This document shows, piece by piece, positions 51,241 to 64,000 of a stretch of 64,000 nt of DNA; position 1 is the first letter of the stretch; every line of letters starts with the position of its first letter. The notes under the pieces are model-generated. The model ran no database searches and was not told where the DNA came from. It saw only the letters and a program-made list of their open reading frames with translations. Position numbers and translations under genes: made by a program. Origin of the DNA: Eledone cirrhosa (lineage: Eukaryota); NCBI GenBank assembly GCA_964016885.1, contig OZ024743.1, positions 284,332,001-284,396,000 on the forward strand. The letters run 5' to 3'.

Positions 51241-51876
51241 ATTGGCAGTATCGGTAGAGAGTCGGACACCATTCTTTGCAGCAAAGAGTTACAGCCCTTT
51301 ATGGTCTGAGTTCAAATCCCGCCGATGTTAATTTTGCCTTTCATCCTTACGGGGTCGATAAAATAAAGTACCAGTAATGTACTGGGTAATTGCTGGCCTT
51401 GTGCCTAAAGTAGAAACAATTATTATTATCAATGATATTTACAGTTGATCTTACATTATTTTTCCGTTTATACCTAAAATATATTTTAATCAGTAAATGA
51501 GATGTTAAAATGAACATTTAATCACACACTGTATTGTCATGTGTCATCTCCTTTGTTTTCTTAATATCAGCCCTGTGTGGCTAATAAAGAAATTATTATT
51601 ATCAATGATATTTACAGTTGATCTTCCATTATTTTCCTGTTTATACCTAAAATATATTTTAATCAGTAAATGAGATGTTAAAATGAACATTTAATCACAC
51701 ACTGTATTGTCATGTGTCATCTCCTTTGTTTTCTTAATATTAGCCCTGTGTGGCTAATAAAGAAATTATTATTATTATCAATATTTACAGTTGATCTTAC
51801 ATTATTTTCCTGTTTATACCTAAAATATATTTTAATCAGTAAATGAGATGTTAAAATGAACATTTAATCACACACA
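51162..51876 (+). repeat. Three tandem ~173-bp units, the first interrupted by a SINE
   Basis: Units start cacactgtattgtcatgtg at 51162, 51525 and 51698. Confidence 0.9.
51242..51428 (+). mobile_element. SINE family B inserted in an (ATT)n run
   Basis: Same consensus as 44543-44731. Confidence 0.85.
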
Positions 51877-53399
51877 TGCCTATATACATAACAATTGGGG
51901 AAGATGTGTCTCCCAGAAGAATTGATATATTGTTAATAACAGTTGAATTGAGAAAGAAGTGTAATTCTAATTTTTTTTTCATTTTCATATATGGTTAGTT
52001 AATTATATCAAATTTGATCATTTTACACTCAGTTACTTCAACCAATTAAGCTAGATACCTACTAAATTGATAATTATTCTCAATGACTATCAGAAGTCTT
52101 TTACTGTAAAAAGAAATACCAGTCTCATTCATCACCTTATACATCAATTCACAGATATATCTATATATTGTGGAATTAAATAAGTAGTAGATAAGAGAAT
52201 ACTCAGGGGTTTTCGCATACCTTTCTAACATCTTTGAATAACAGAATCTTACATGGTGTTTGTGTGCTTTCCTATAACTCTGGGAATATTCTCAACAATA
52301 CTTGTATTTCGCTAATAAAAAATTATTACACTTGATACTTTTCCTGATGTGCCAGTGTTTTTAGTAGTAGCAAGCTGCTTGCACATAAAATGCGACAAGC
52401 ATGATGCAGTTGACATTATTTCATTTGATGATAATTGATTTGGAAAGAAATATTTTGGTGCAGAATTCTTACTCTAATGATCTTTTCTTGAAGCCAAATA
52501 TGAATTTAATATTTGAATTAAGAAAAGTAAAATATAAAGCTCTGAAAAAGAAAATGAAACTACTCTAAGAAATTAATAAAAAAAAAAACGATTTCCACAA
52601 ATCTAAGATTTTAGTATGTCAACAAAGTCAACTATTATGCAAAAGATTAAACATAATTATGAATTGATGATAGATTATTTGTGTTTAGTTTTCACACTGA
52701 CAGTGCATTTCTGGCATCTATTGGTGCAAACACATAGATGAACGTCTACTCAGAGAAAGTAATGTTTAACCAATGCAAAAAGATGATTTCAACATTTTTG
52801 TCTACCAATAAATATATATTTTTAAAAACTGAATACATATATGCTAAGAAATACTCTTTTTCTCACACATACAGAATGTCCCATTGGGTATATAACAATA
52901 ACAAGTGTTTTAATGGCAATTTTCTCTGCTAAAGTAGAGGTTAGCTTTGTGGACATCATGATAAGCCTGTCCATTTTGCCCTAACAGTAGTATGCCTCAT
53001 CATCCAATCCCTTGGCTATTATTTCATCTACAATCACCCCCAGCCATATCTTTTCTGGTCATCCTCTTCCTGTACTTTCCACATTTATTTTCATCTCACA
53101 CTCAATCTTTTATCATCCTTTCTCAACACCTGATACAATCATCTTACATTTCTCTTCATGATATTCATCACTGGCTTTATTCCCATCATCCTCTGCATTT
53201 CATTGTTTGTATTCTCTCTAAGCAATATTCCACTTATGTACTGGACTATTCTTATTTCCGTTCTTTCTGGACTTCCCTGGGACTCTACATTCATCACTCA
53301 TGTGTTGCTCCCATAAATCACGGCACTTCTCACACATGCTCCATACATCTATCCCTTTACTGTAAGCAACATTCGCCTTCGTCTTAGCTAGTGACTTCA

Positions 53400-54300
53400 C
53401 TAGACATGTTGGGCAACACCAGGATTGTATGGGTGGCTATGGATATAGCTTAAAAAATGTAGAGGTAGCAAGGCTCCTAAAATTCTATGGGGAAAATGAA
53501 CCAACTATTTGGAACACACAAGCCAGATTGGCTTTTTACTTGTTAGAAAACGGAGTAGACAGATGGTACTAATTTTTTTCCCGAAGAAGAATACACTACA
53601 CAACATAAATTAATTATTAGTGAGATTAGAATAAGCACAAGATGGAACAAGAAACTCAGAAAATATGGTAGAGGACATTGTGGAATCAAACGATCTCTCT
53701 TAAATATGGTTTCAGAAAAGCCCTACATGATACATATGACAAGTCGGAGGAGGAGTTAGATATATATGACATAGAAGACAATTGGAAATTTCTATGAGAT
53801 AACCATTGTTAGATACTGATGAGACTTGTGGCTGGAGCAAAGCACCATGTAGACAGAGAAGGGCCTGGTGGTGGAACAGCTCAATGGATAGAGCTGTTAA
53901 AGGCAAGAGACAGGCATAGAAAGACTGGTAAAACGGGGGCAGCATAGATCAGTACCAGGTTGCTAAAGAGAAGCAAAATGACATTATACATAGCTCACAA
54001 AGAAAGTGAAAGCAAAGGGTTTGCCAATGTCTTGAGATGTGAGGTATTCTGCATCACTCATACTCAACAGTAAAAAGCCTGGAAATACTATTATGGGAGC
54101 TTGCTTGATGTGGAGAAAAAAGGAAAGACAGAGAGACTAACTGCAGCTGACTAAAAAGAGGGAGCAACTATCAAAATTGAAACTTATAGGGTAAAAAAAA
54201 AAACAATTAAGGAGATGGAACATGGTAAAGCTGTCGGTCTGTCAGCGATATCCACAGATATGCTGACCCACCCTTGCAAGCAGGGAAAAGTGGACGTAAA

Positions 54301-54336
<36 letters not shown>

Positions 54337-55440
54337 CTGAAATTTTCTTGGGAAGGAAAAGTTGAAATAGTCACCAACATAATCAATCAGGTAATTAATA
54401 CATGAAGGGGTCATACACAATGACTAGCATAGCAGTATATACATTAATTGTTATAAGGGAAAAAAGCAGCTACAGAAGCATAAACTAATAGACAAACTTT
54501 TGAAAATGATAGAAATAGTTCTAGCACAGTTAATTAGGGAAAAAGTCAAATTAGATGAGATGCAGTTTGGTTTTGTGCTACGCAAGAATACCACATATGC
54601 CCACTTCTTAGTAAGACAACTGCAGGAGAAGCTTTTAGCTAAGAGTAAGACTCTATATCTAGATTTTATTGATCTAGAGAAAGTCTTTGACAGAGTACTC
54701 TGTCATCTGGTGGTCTTTAAGAAAACTAGGTGTAGAAGAATGTCTTGTGAGGAATTGTCAGTAAAGTGAATGTCTCAGAGGAATTGTCAGTAAAGTGAGA
54801 ATAGAAAATGAATTTAATGAGGAATTTAATGTGCAAGTAGGTGTTCATCAAGGCTCAGTCTTTAGCCTACTCATGTTTATTATAGTTCTCTTGGCCACAC
54901 CAGAGGAATTTAAGACTTGCTATCTAGGGGAACTTCTGTAAACTGCCAACCTGTTTCTTATAGCTGAATCTGTTATATAACTAGTAAAAAAAATTCCAGC
55001 TTTGGAAACAGAAATTATGATTAAAAGTGCTTTGAGTAAAGTTGGGAAAACTAAGGGTTTTGTAAGTAGGAAAGAAGACATGGCCTTGATTCCATCTGGG
55101 CAGAGGTATTGCTTGATACATGGAAAAGGAATAGGTAAAAACTTTATATGATGTACACAATGTATGTCTTAGGTATAGAGGGAGTATTGTGGGACAGCAG
55201 GCAGACTAACAGAAAAAGAAGACTTTGCATGTAGCAGATATACTGGGCTAGTTACTAGTAAGAGCATCAGTAAAATAAACTTTTTCCAATCCCAGGAAAG
55301 ACCCACAGAAGTGTTTTTGATAGCTTCTGTTACCTAGTATTATAATTAGCAGTATAAGAGGGTGCTCTCAGAGTATAGTAGCTAGAAGAAGAATAGAAAG
55401 GAAAAAGTTCAGGAAGCTACAACTTCTGTCGATAACAAAA
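53400..55440 (+). mobile_element. Old decayed RTE LINE body, with a SINE-A tail inserted at ~54265-54336
   Basis: AQLIREKVKLDEMQFGFV...LVRQLQEK...FIDLEKVFDRV; many stops. Confidence 0.75.
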
Positions 55441-55860
55441 GGTAGACAACTGCTTTGGAAAGGTAAAGTCCTTTCAATGGACAGGTGATTTTATTTGAAA
55501 ATCTGTAGCTAAGTACTTGGGGTGAACCTTGAATATGCCTGTTTTTCTTTTTTCAGTTTTTATGCCAACTTGATGGCGTCAATGGACAAAGTTTACTCCT
55601 ATTGCATTATCTAAAAATTCTTTTCAAAATTTAGATCAGTTCACACTAGAAGGCTTTTCTCCTTTGCTTCCTTCTGAGGATTTGAACACCTCTAATAAGA
55701 TTAAAACATGTCATTGCTTTTACCAAGTTGACATAAAGACAGGGACTACTCCAACTGCAACATCTAAAATGTTCCCCAAAATTTGGATCCACTCAAACTA
55801 TAAGGGAATTTTGATCTTCAATTATGAGGATCATCTAAGTTGACTGAGAATACAAGACTA

Positions 55861-55898
<38 letters not shown>

Positions 55899-56225
55899 CA
55901 CACACACATATATGATGTTTACACTCTACTAATGTATTGAGTACCTTACTAACTGCGGTTACCTGTGACTGAACCTGGGACACACACACATATATATTTG
56001 TATATAGTTAAAGTGGAATAATCCACTAATATTTTGAATTTATATTTTGTATTACACATACACACATTTGTATACATACATTTCATGCAGAACGCCCCCT
56101 CAGGCATTCTGAAGAAAAAAACTGTGAAGACTTATCCAATGCATGCCAGCATGGAAAGTGGACATAAAATGAGGATTTGATATATATATTCATATACACA
56201 AACACATGTATATATAGTGTATATA

Positions 56226-56288
<63 letters not shown>

Positions 56289-57831
56289 TACTTGTATGTA
56301 TTATTTATACATCTACATATATACAAATAGAATATTAGTTATCAAATTTCAAAGATATATTTTGGCTGTGTCCAAATATGTATATATGTCTGTTGCCAAT
56401 CAATATTGCACACACATATATACAAAGTAATGATGCCGTTGTATTGGAGACTGAATAATGCTTGCACTTATACTACATCTTCCATTCTTGCTTTCGGTAT
56501 CATTTGAATAGTTGTGTTTACATGTGCATTCAATAGAAAACAGTTTTGATAATTGAGTGAGATACAGAGAAGTGAGTGCACACTACATACATGCATACAT
56601 ACACATATACATGCATACATACAAACACACATATATACATATATTATATACATACACACATATACATAATATATACATACATATATTACATACATTAAAC
56701 CAAGCATATATATGTCATCACCATCATCATTTCTATGTTGTTTTCTTTTTCATACTTGCATGGGTTGGATGAAACTTTGGCCAGATAGTGTTTCTGACAC
56801 CAACACATTATTTATGTGTGACATTAACAAAAAGCACTGGTCGCATTAAGCATTGTTGTATACACACACATGCATATATACATACATAAGAACCTCTCTT
56901 GTGTTGGTGTCCCAATAAAATGCACTCATTAGAGTGTGAGGTCATATGTAAATGAGATATAGGCTCCCATCTCATCTAAGATGTCAGCAGTATTGCTCGA
57001 GTACAGACTCAAGCATTGCTTGAGTACAACCCTTACTAGTGGGAAAAACGGATGTTAAATAATGATGATGATGATGATAGATATGTGTATTGATTTTTCT
57101 TATGAGATGAGTAAGGGAGAACTGCTTTACATGAATGCTCAATACAAAATAGTACAGAATGTATATTTATTTGACATAATTTATCCTTTAAAAATAATCA
57201 TCTTGTTTTACTCCAATGAGGTTCTCAAAGAATTAAGATTCCTTTCAAGGTGTCTGTTATCTTAGTAAATTTAAAAAAATAGCCAGTCCAGACTAATATT
57301 TCAAAGCCTAAATATCAGTAGTATAATATGTAATATAATATTATCAATGTATATTTTTTAAAGTTTATATATAGTAAAACGTATCCCTTATCGATGTTAG
57401 TTAATTGTTTTCACTGTCATAAAGTTTGAGTAAAGGTGAAACGTTATTTCCTTTAGGGTACATTTTTATTAAAGAGTATTCATTTCTAAAACACTGCTAT
57501 AGATCACTAATCTATTATGTTGTAAGACTAACTCACAGAATAGATAAATTGATAGCAATAGTTGTAGTAGTAACAACAATAATAATAATAATAATGGTTT
57601 CTGATTTTAGGTCAAGGCCAACAATTTTTTGGGAAGAGAAAGCTGATTAAATCAACACCAGTTTGTCACTGCTACTTATCAACCTTGTAAGGATGAAAGG
57701 CAAAGCTAATTTCTGTGGGATTTGAACTCAGAACGTAATGGGTCATAACTATATGCTGCAAAGCATGTTGTCCAATGCTCTACCAATACTGCCAATACAT
57801 TGCTCACTTATCAACAACAACAATAATAATA

Positions 57832-58050
57832 ATTTCTACTATAGGCACAAGGCCAACAATTTTTTTAGGGGGGGGGGGGAGTCGATTAAATCGACCCCAG
57901 TACATTACTGGTGCTTTATTTTATCAACCCCATAAGGACGAACGACAAAGTTAACCTTGGCGGGATTTGAACTCAGACCATAAAGGGGCGTAACTCTATG
58001 CTGCAAAGCATGGCGTCTGACCTTCCACTGATACTGTCAATCCACCGCCC
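57832..58050 (-). mobile_element. SINE family B, next to an older copy at ~57590-57810
   Basis: Reverse complement of the family B consensus, flanked on both sides by tcaacaacaacaataataataat. Confidence 0.82.
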
Positions 58051-60198
58051 TCAACAACAACAATAATAATAATAAATAACAGTAGTAATAAATGAAATAA
58101 AGATGAAAATTGTGCTAATATGAATTATAAGAAATAAAACAGAATATGTATAGTTGTATATTAACATTTCTCCTAAACTTTTTCTTCAAAATAAGTGTGT
58201 ATCATATTCACTGATGCATCTTATATTCTGAAAAAATACAGTTGACTTGAGAAGTATTGAGAAAATTTGAAATGTGTGACCCAACGCAATTGACAATAAT
58301 AATCGATCACTATAAATGATAGATGAGAAAATCTCATACACACATGAGTACAGGGACATCATCATCATTTAACATCCATTTTCCCTGCTAGCAAGATTTG
58401 GATATGTTAGCACAGATCAAGCCAGTACTCCATTATAATTATCGACGGTTAGGCAGGGTGGTAGTTCATTTCTCACTCACATATATTCTCAGATTCTACA
58501 GAGTGCACCAAGTGCATTTTATCATGGCACCAGCATTAGAAAGGTTGTGCCCTTGACACAACTGAATAGTCCTCTCGATCCTATTTTTGCACATGAGATT
58601 TTTTATTTCAAACAGCAAGATGAATATTGGGTGTCTTTTTAGTGACATCAGCACGAGAGAGGTTGCCATGTTGCGACTGGAGGGTTTTCTCAGCCCTTTT
58701 TGGTTTGGTTTCTATGGCTGGAAACCCTTCCTAACATCAACCATTTTACAGGGTGTACTGGGTACATTTTATTGTGGCACCAATAATAGGGAGTCTGCCA
58801 ATCATTGATTTGACTGAAGAACTTTCTCTACCTTATGGTTATGCTGTGTGCACCTTATGATCTTCATAAGAAGTGACTAAATAGGTTGGTGTCAGGAAGG
58901 GCACCCAGTTATAAAACATTGCCTCAAAAAGTCCCATCCAACCCATGCCAGCAGGAAAAGTTAACATGATGATGCATAAATATACATATTTACACAGAAA
59001 TGCATACACACACACACGTGTGTATATATGTATATATACATGTGTATGTATTTGTATCAGAGTGGGGGAGAAAGAGAAAGAAAGTGAGTAGAAGGAAAAA
59101 ATATAAGTGAATACATGTTTATGTATTAATGAGTTGGTAATATGTTAGCATATCAGAGACATATCAACATTAAAGTACTGCATGCATGTGTAAACGTTGA
59201 TGATGATAATGATGAGTACGATGCCACATTTATAGTGAGCAGCTATATAAAATTAGGAGCGGCGTCAGATTATTGCACTCTTACACATGTCTGAGACTTA
59301 GATTCAATAAAGAAAATTTTGAATTTTTTGCAGTCAACCATGGTTAAAGATCTAATATCTAGTGGCAGCTCAATCCATATTTTGGTGCTAAAATAAGTTG
59401 TATACATATATTTTCCCATGATTGTTGCTAATTGGTAACATTGGAGCCATTTCAGTAAGTAGATTGGAAGAGGTTAGTCAAATAAAAAGAAACCAATGAC
59501 TAATAATACTTTTATAAATGAATATTACAATGTTCAATTATATACATTTTCTTATTAATAAGTATAATGTGATCAGTGTAGAGGATGCATTATCTTAAAA
59601 GATAGTGCATGCAAAACTGATCATGACAGTATTGAAGAATTTCCCTCTTCAACTGTTGTGTCATGCATACAAAGAAAAGAAAGATTATTACTATAGTCAA
59701 CATTGGAACCACAATGGAGTTGACAAAAAAATTGGTCTGATGAATTGGTAAATTACTATTTCTTATATAGAGGATATAGAGAGAGGAATACAACTGACTG
59801 ATCAGTTGCTTGACAGTTATAACTTTGTCTAACTTAATACCAAGAACTTGAAAATCATTATTGGATCAGAAGAAAAATGCTGTGATATTTAGTTACAGAA
59901 TATTGAGTTCAAATCCCACCAAGCTCAACTTTGCTTTCCCTTTTTCAGAGCTTGATAGAATAAAGTATCAGCCAATTTAATATTCTTATAAAGCATCCAA
60001 GATGTGAATGGAATTAAAATAGAAGAACTCACTTTGCCTTTTGGGAGAGAAAGATATATGTGTTATCAAGATGAATGATTTCAATAATAAACTTGCCATG
60101 TTCATTTAGAAGGAAAACTACTATTTCTGGTTTACTAGTATTTAATTTGAAACAATGTATGTTTGTATGTGTACACTCACATGCACATAAACACATAT

Positions 60199-60245
<47 letters not shown>

Positions 60246-60831
60246 TTAGAAAGAAATGATTCTTTGTAACCATCTCACATTTATGCAGGTGTACAATTTA
60301 TCTTACAATTGTAATTCATTTCTATAAAGAGGAGAAACAAAGCCCATAGTCATATATGTGCTCTTATAGATAAGGGTTAGTATAAGTGGTTTATGTTCAA
60401 TATTAATTGATTGTTGAATTGATGTAGTTTGATGGTGGTGGTCAAGGGTAACAGTGGTATAGGCAGTGGCAGTAAAAAGAGTTCTAGAGAATATTATAGA
60501 TTCAGATAAGGATTGAGAAAGAGTTAGCTAGAGTGTGGTTTAGGGAGAGGAGGAGACTTGATCAACAACATTCCAGTCATAACCACTTTATCTTGCTTTC
60601 AGATTACATTATGAAAGGTGACCTTCAATTTTTAATAAGTTAAGGTTTGATTTGAAAAAAGTTTTACCTGCTATTTCTAACAGGTAGAGCAACTTCATAT
60701 AGGTTGATTCATTGATTTAGGAGGTGTGTTGTGGTAGAAAGGTGAATGATGGTTTATGACTCAGAAAAATGCATTATTCATGTCTGTATGTGTAATGATA
60801 ACTAACAGATGTGTGAGCCTTATTCTAATGT

Positions 60832-61086
60832 AAGGTGGTCGTGGAGGTGCCACGGCAAAAAAGCACCCAGCCCACACTGTAAAGTGGATGTGTAGGCGCC
60901 ACGAAAAAGCACCCAGCACTCACTGTAAATGAGGTTGGTGTTAGGAAGGGCATCCAGCTGTAGAAATCAAGCCAAATCAGTTCCTGTATGAGCAAGGCAT
61001 GGTCAGCCAACCAGACACTGCCCACAACAGGACAACCCGTCTAACCCATGCTAGCGTGGAAGAACGGACGTAAAACGGTGATGATG
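60832..61086 (+). mobile_element. RTE LINE 3' UTR fragment
   Basis: Near-identical to 7975-8230. Confidence 0.85.
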
Positions 61087-61505
61087 TCAGAGCAGATATG
61101 TTTGGTGATATTAGTGGTGATGATGAAAATGATTGTGGAAGAGGAGGAAGTGTTGGTGTAGGATAGGTGTTGATCAGTACTATTCTTTTGCTCACCACCA
61201 CCGCCACCACTTCTTGTTACACATCATCATTATCATAAAATATTCTAACTAGAAAACAACACTGCCCACATTCTGACCTCTATAGCAGAAACCTTATCTG
61301 GCAAGTGATGAAGGAGTGAAATTTGATTGATGCAAGATAGATAGGGAAGTTAGGTAGAGAAATCTTCTACTGGTATTTCCTTCCACTACTAGAGACACAA
61401 TTGCCAATAAAAATATTACCATTAACAATAATTATATACACACACACACACACACACATGTACACACACAAATATTCTTGTATTTTGTTAATGAAAACAA
61501 GGCTT

Positions 61506-61753
61506 ACAAATGAGGTTTCACATAAGCCTAATGAGAGTCTCCATTATATCAATGACTAGAACCACTGTAAATCTGTTCTGAGGTCAACTGTCAAAGGGGT
61601 ATCTGACAGGATATCAGCTCTGATTTAGCTGACAGAGCTGATATCCTATCAGATACTCCTTTAACAATGGACCTCAGAACAGATTTAAGGTGGTTTGAGT
61701 GGTTGTTGAATTAACAGAGACTCTCATTAAGCTTATGTGAAATCTCATTTTGT
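61506..61753. repeat. Imperfect long inverted repeat (foldback/MITE-like)
   Basis: aaatgaggtttcacataagcctaatgagagtctc...gatatcagctctg / cagagctgatatc...gagactctcattaagcttatgtgaaatctcattt; arms of ~117 bp. Confidence 0.85.
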
Positions 61754-62279
61754 TTCTCTTCATGTTGTTAGAGCATTGGATATTTGTTCTGGGTCCCCAC
61801 ATTCCGAGTTCAAATCCCACCGAGGTCCACTTTGTGTTTCATCCTTTCCGGGTTGATAAAGAAAGTACCAGCCCAGAGCTGGTGCAGCCCTTTTTCCTTC
61901 AAGCTATCACATCCTGTATGTTCCGCAGGATCAATGGATGGAGGAGAGAGAGTGTCTGTGTTTGCTTGCAATTGCCTGGGCACCTAAAACACTTAGTGAA
62001 AGCATCGTGCATACTGCAAAGTCATACTTGACTGTAGTTGTAGTACACATACACACACACTTATATTCATCATCATCATTTTACATATGCTTTGTTGTTA
62101 TTGGTTAGCTGGATTGTTAGTTCTTATTCAAAGTTACTGCCCTCAAAATATGTCAAAAGACCACTTTAACACATTTTCTATGACTAGGTGCCCGCCCTAA
62201 CACCAACCACTTTATAGTGTGCTACATTTTATTGTGACACCAGCACCAGATGACCTAATTAACATTGGAGAAAGGTGCA

Positions 62280-62820
62280 CTGAACCTATTATAGCTATAA
62301 GAAAAACAGAGTGAAAAAGTTCATGAAGTTATTACCTCTGCTTGCAAGAAAGGAATTTTCTCTTTGAATAAAAAGTAGATTGTATGATGCTTATGTATAT
62401 AGTGTAATGTTGCATGGTAGTGAGACATAGGTGTTGAATGCAGATGATATGCAAATGCTGGAAACAAATAAAGGGAGCATTCTAGATGTGTGATGTGAGT
62501 GAACATGAGCAACAAAGCACAGATGAGTTTAGAGAAAAACTGGGTAAAGAGGAATTGGATGTTGTGTGCAAAAGAGAAGATTGCACTGATAGACATATAA
62601 TACATGTGGATAATGACAGCTGGGTAAAGATATGGCAGGAGTTCCAATTGGAAGCCATGTAAATACCAAGGAGGATGTGGACAGAAGCAGTGAAAGCCGA
62701 TCACTGTTTGCAAAACCCCACAAAGGAGATAGTAAAAAAATTCAACCAGGTACTGTTTTAGAGGGGACCCATCCAACCCATGCAGGATGAGTAAAGTGGA
62801 CATAGAAATGATTATGATAA
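62280..62820 (+). mobile_element. Old RTE LINE 3' fragment
   Basis: Decayed RLYDA...LHGSET...KRRLH similarity and an RTE-like terminus. Confidence 0.7.
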
Positions 62821-63204
62821 ACACACATGCATGTGCAAACACAATTGTTTGCAAATACATACACACATATACAAAGACATAACCCTATATCTCATATTGT
62901 TGTATTCAATATTATTCATGATTTAATGCTAGTTTCTTCTTACTCTCCACTTCACTCACACACACACACCATGCTTTCTTGGGTTAATAACCAAATTACA
63001 AAGCAAAATCAATATTAGCTAATCACCAAATAAATACTGATCTTAATTAGTTAAGAATAAATGACTGAAAACTCCAACACTCGATAAAAGTTGATCACAA
63101 ATTATATAATCTGTTTATCAGCAAAGAAGAAGCTGTATAACTGCTTTAGTTTCCCAACATTAATGCCTTGAATTTGAGACACTGTTTATGAATTTAAATT
63201 AGTA

Positions 63205-63849
63205 TCAAGGGTGTTAGATTGGCAGAACTGTTAGAACATCAGAAAAATGCTTTCAGGTATTTGTTCTGGCTTTTTATGTTCTGAATTCAAAATCCATTAA
63301 GGTTCACTTAACCTTTTATCCTTAAAGAGTTGATAAAATAAAATACCAGTTGATGTAATTAACCCCTCCAAAATTGCTAGCCTTTAGCCTAAATTAGAAA
63401 CCATTATTATTGGAAAAACTGTTAGAGCATTGAAGAAAATGCCTTGTGCCATTTTTTCTGGCTTTCTAGATACTGATTTCTAATACTGCGCTGAGGTGCA
63501 CTTTGCCCTCTATCCTGCTGTGGTTAATAAAATAAAGTACCAGTCACCTACTTAGGTTAATATAATTGACTGTTTTCTCTCCCAAAATGTCTAGCCTTGT
63601 GCCAATGTAAGAAATTATTATCATTATTAATAAGATATATATAGGGCGGTGGATTGGCAGTATCGGTAGAGGGTCTGATGCCATGCTTTGCAGCCAAGAG
63701 TTACGGCCCTTTATGGTCTGAGTTCAAATCCCGCCGAGATTAACTTTGCCTTTCATCCTTACGGGGGGGGGGGGGGTCGATAAAATAAAGTACCAGTAAT
63801 ACACTGGGATAATTGCTGGCCTTGTGCCAAAAGTAGAAACAATTATTAA
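63205..63849 (+). mobile_element. Three tandem family B SINEs (two old copies and a young copy at 63644-63849 with TSD)
   Basis: The gataaaataaagtaccag core is repeated. TSD attattaataagatatat flanks the last copy. Confidence 0.8.
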
Positions 63850-64000
63850 TAAGATATATGATAGTAGAATGTCAGAATGGATGGTGTGCACAAGTATGTC
63901 TGTTTGGCTATGTGTGTGTATTTGTGTTTATGTTTGTGTGTTGCTTACACATTTGGAAATAATAAAATCTCTCTAAAAAGAAGCAGATACCCTATAAAAT

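Noticed and set aside
55540-55640. Plus-strand splice-acceptor-like tract followed by a short open frame
   Set aside because: There is no recognisable protein similarity or donor site, and stops follow quickly.

Overview
AT-rich, microsatellite-dense animal genomic DNA. The repeat families suggest a cephalopod such as octopus, which is an inference. The only host coding sequence I can support is one 140-bp minus-strand exon (45662-45801) of an L-type voltage-gated calcium channel alpha-1 gene (Cav1, domain I S2-S3). The rest of the window is therefore most likely two very large introns. These are filled with mobile DNA: a full-length CsRn1-type Ty3/Gypsy LTR retrotransposon, many decayed RTE LINEs, CR1-, L1/Tx1- and RLE-type LINE fragments, Penelope-like elements, a non-autonomous Helitron, MITE/foldback elements and two tRNA-derived SINE families. 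The most unexpected signal is about eleven type I hammerhead-ribozyme-like motifs. One is fully canonical, lies on the Cav1 sense strand and sits inside a 471-bp direct-repeat unit (31431-31507). Another has a compensatory U3-A8 core and possible pseudoknot pairing (22479-22558). All structures, alignments and counts were done by eye and need computational and experimental confirmation.
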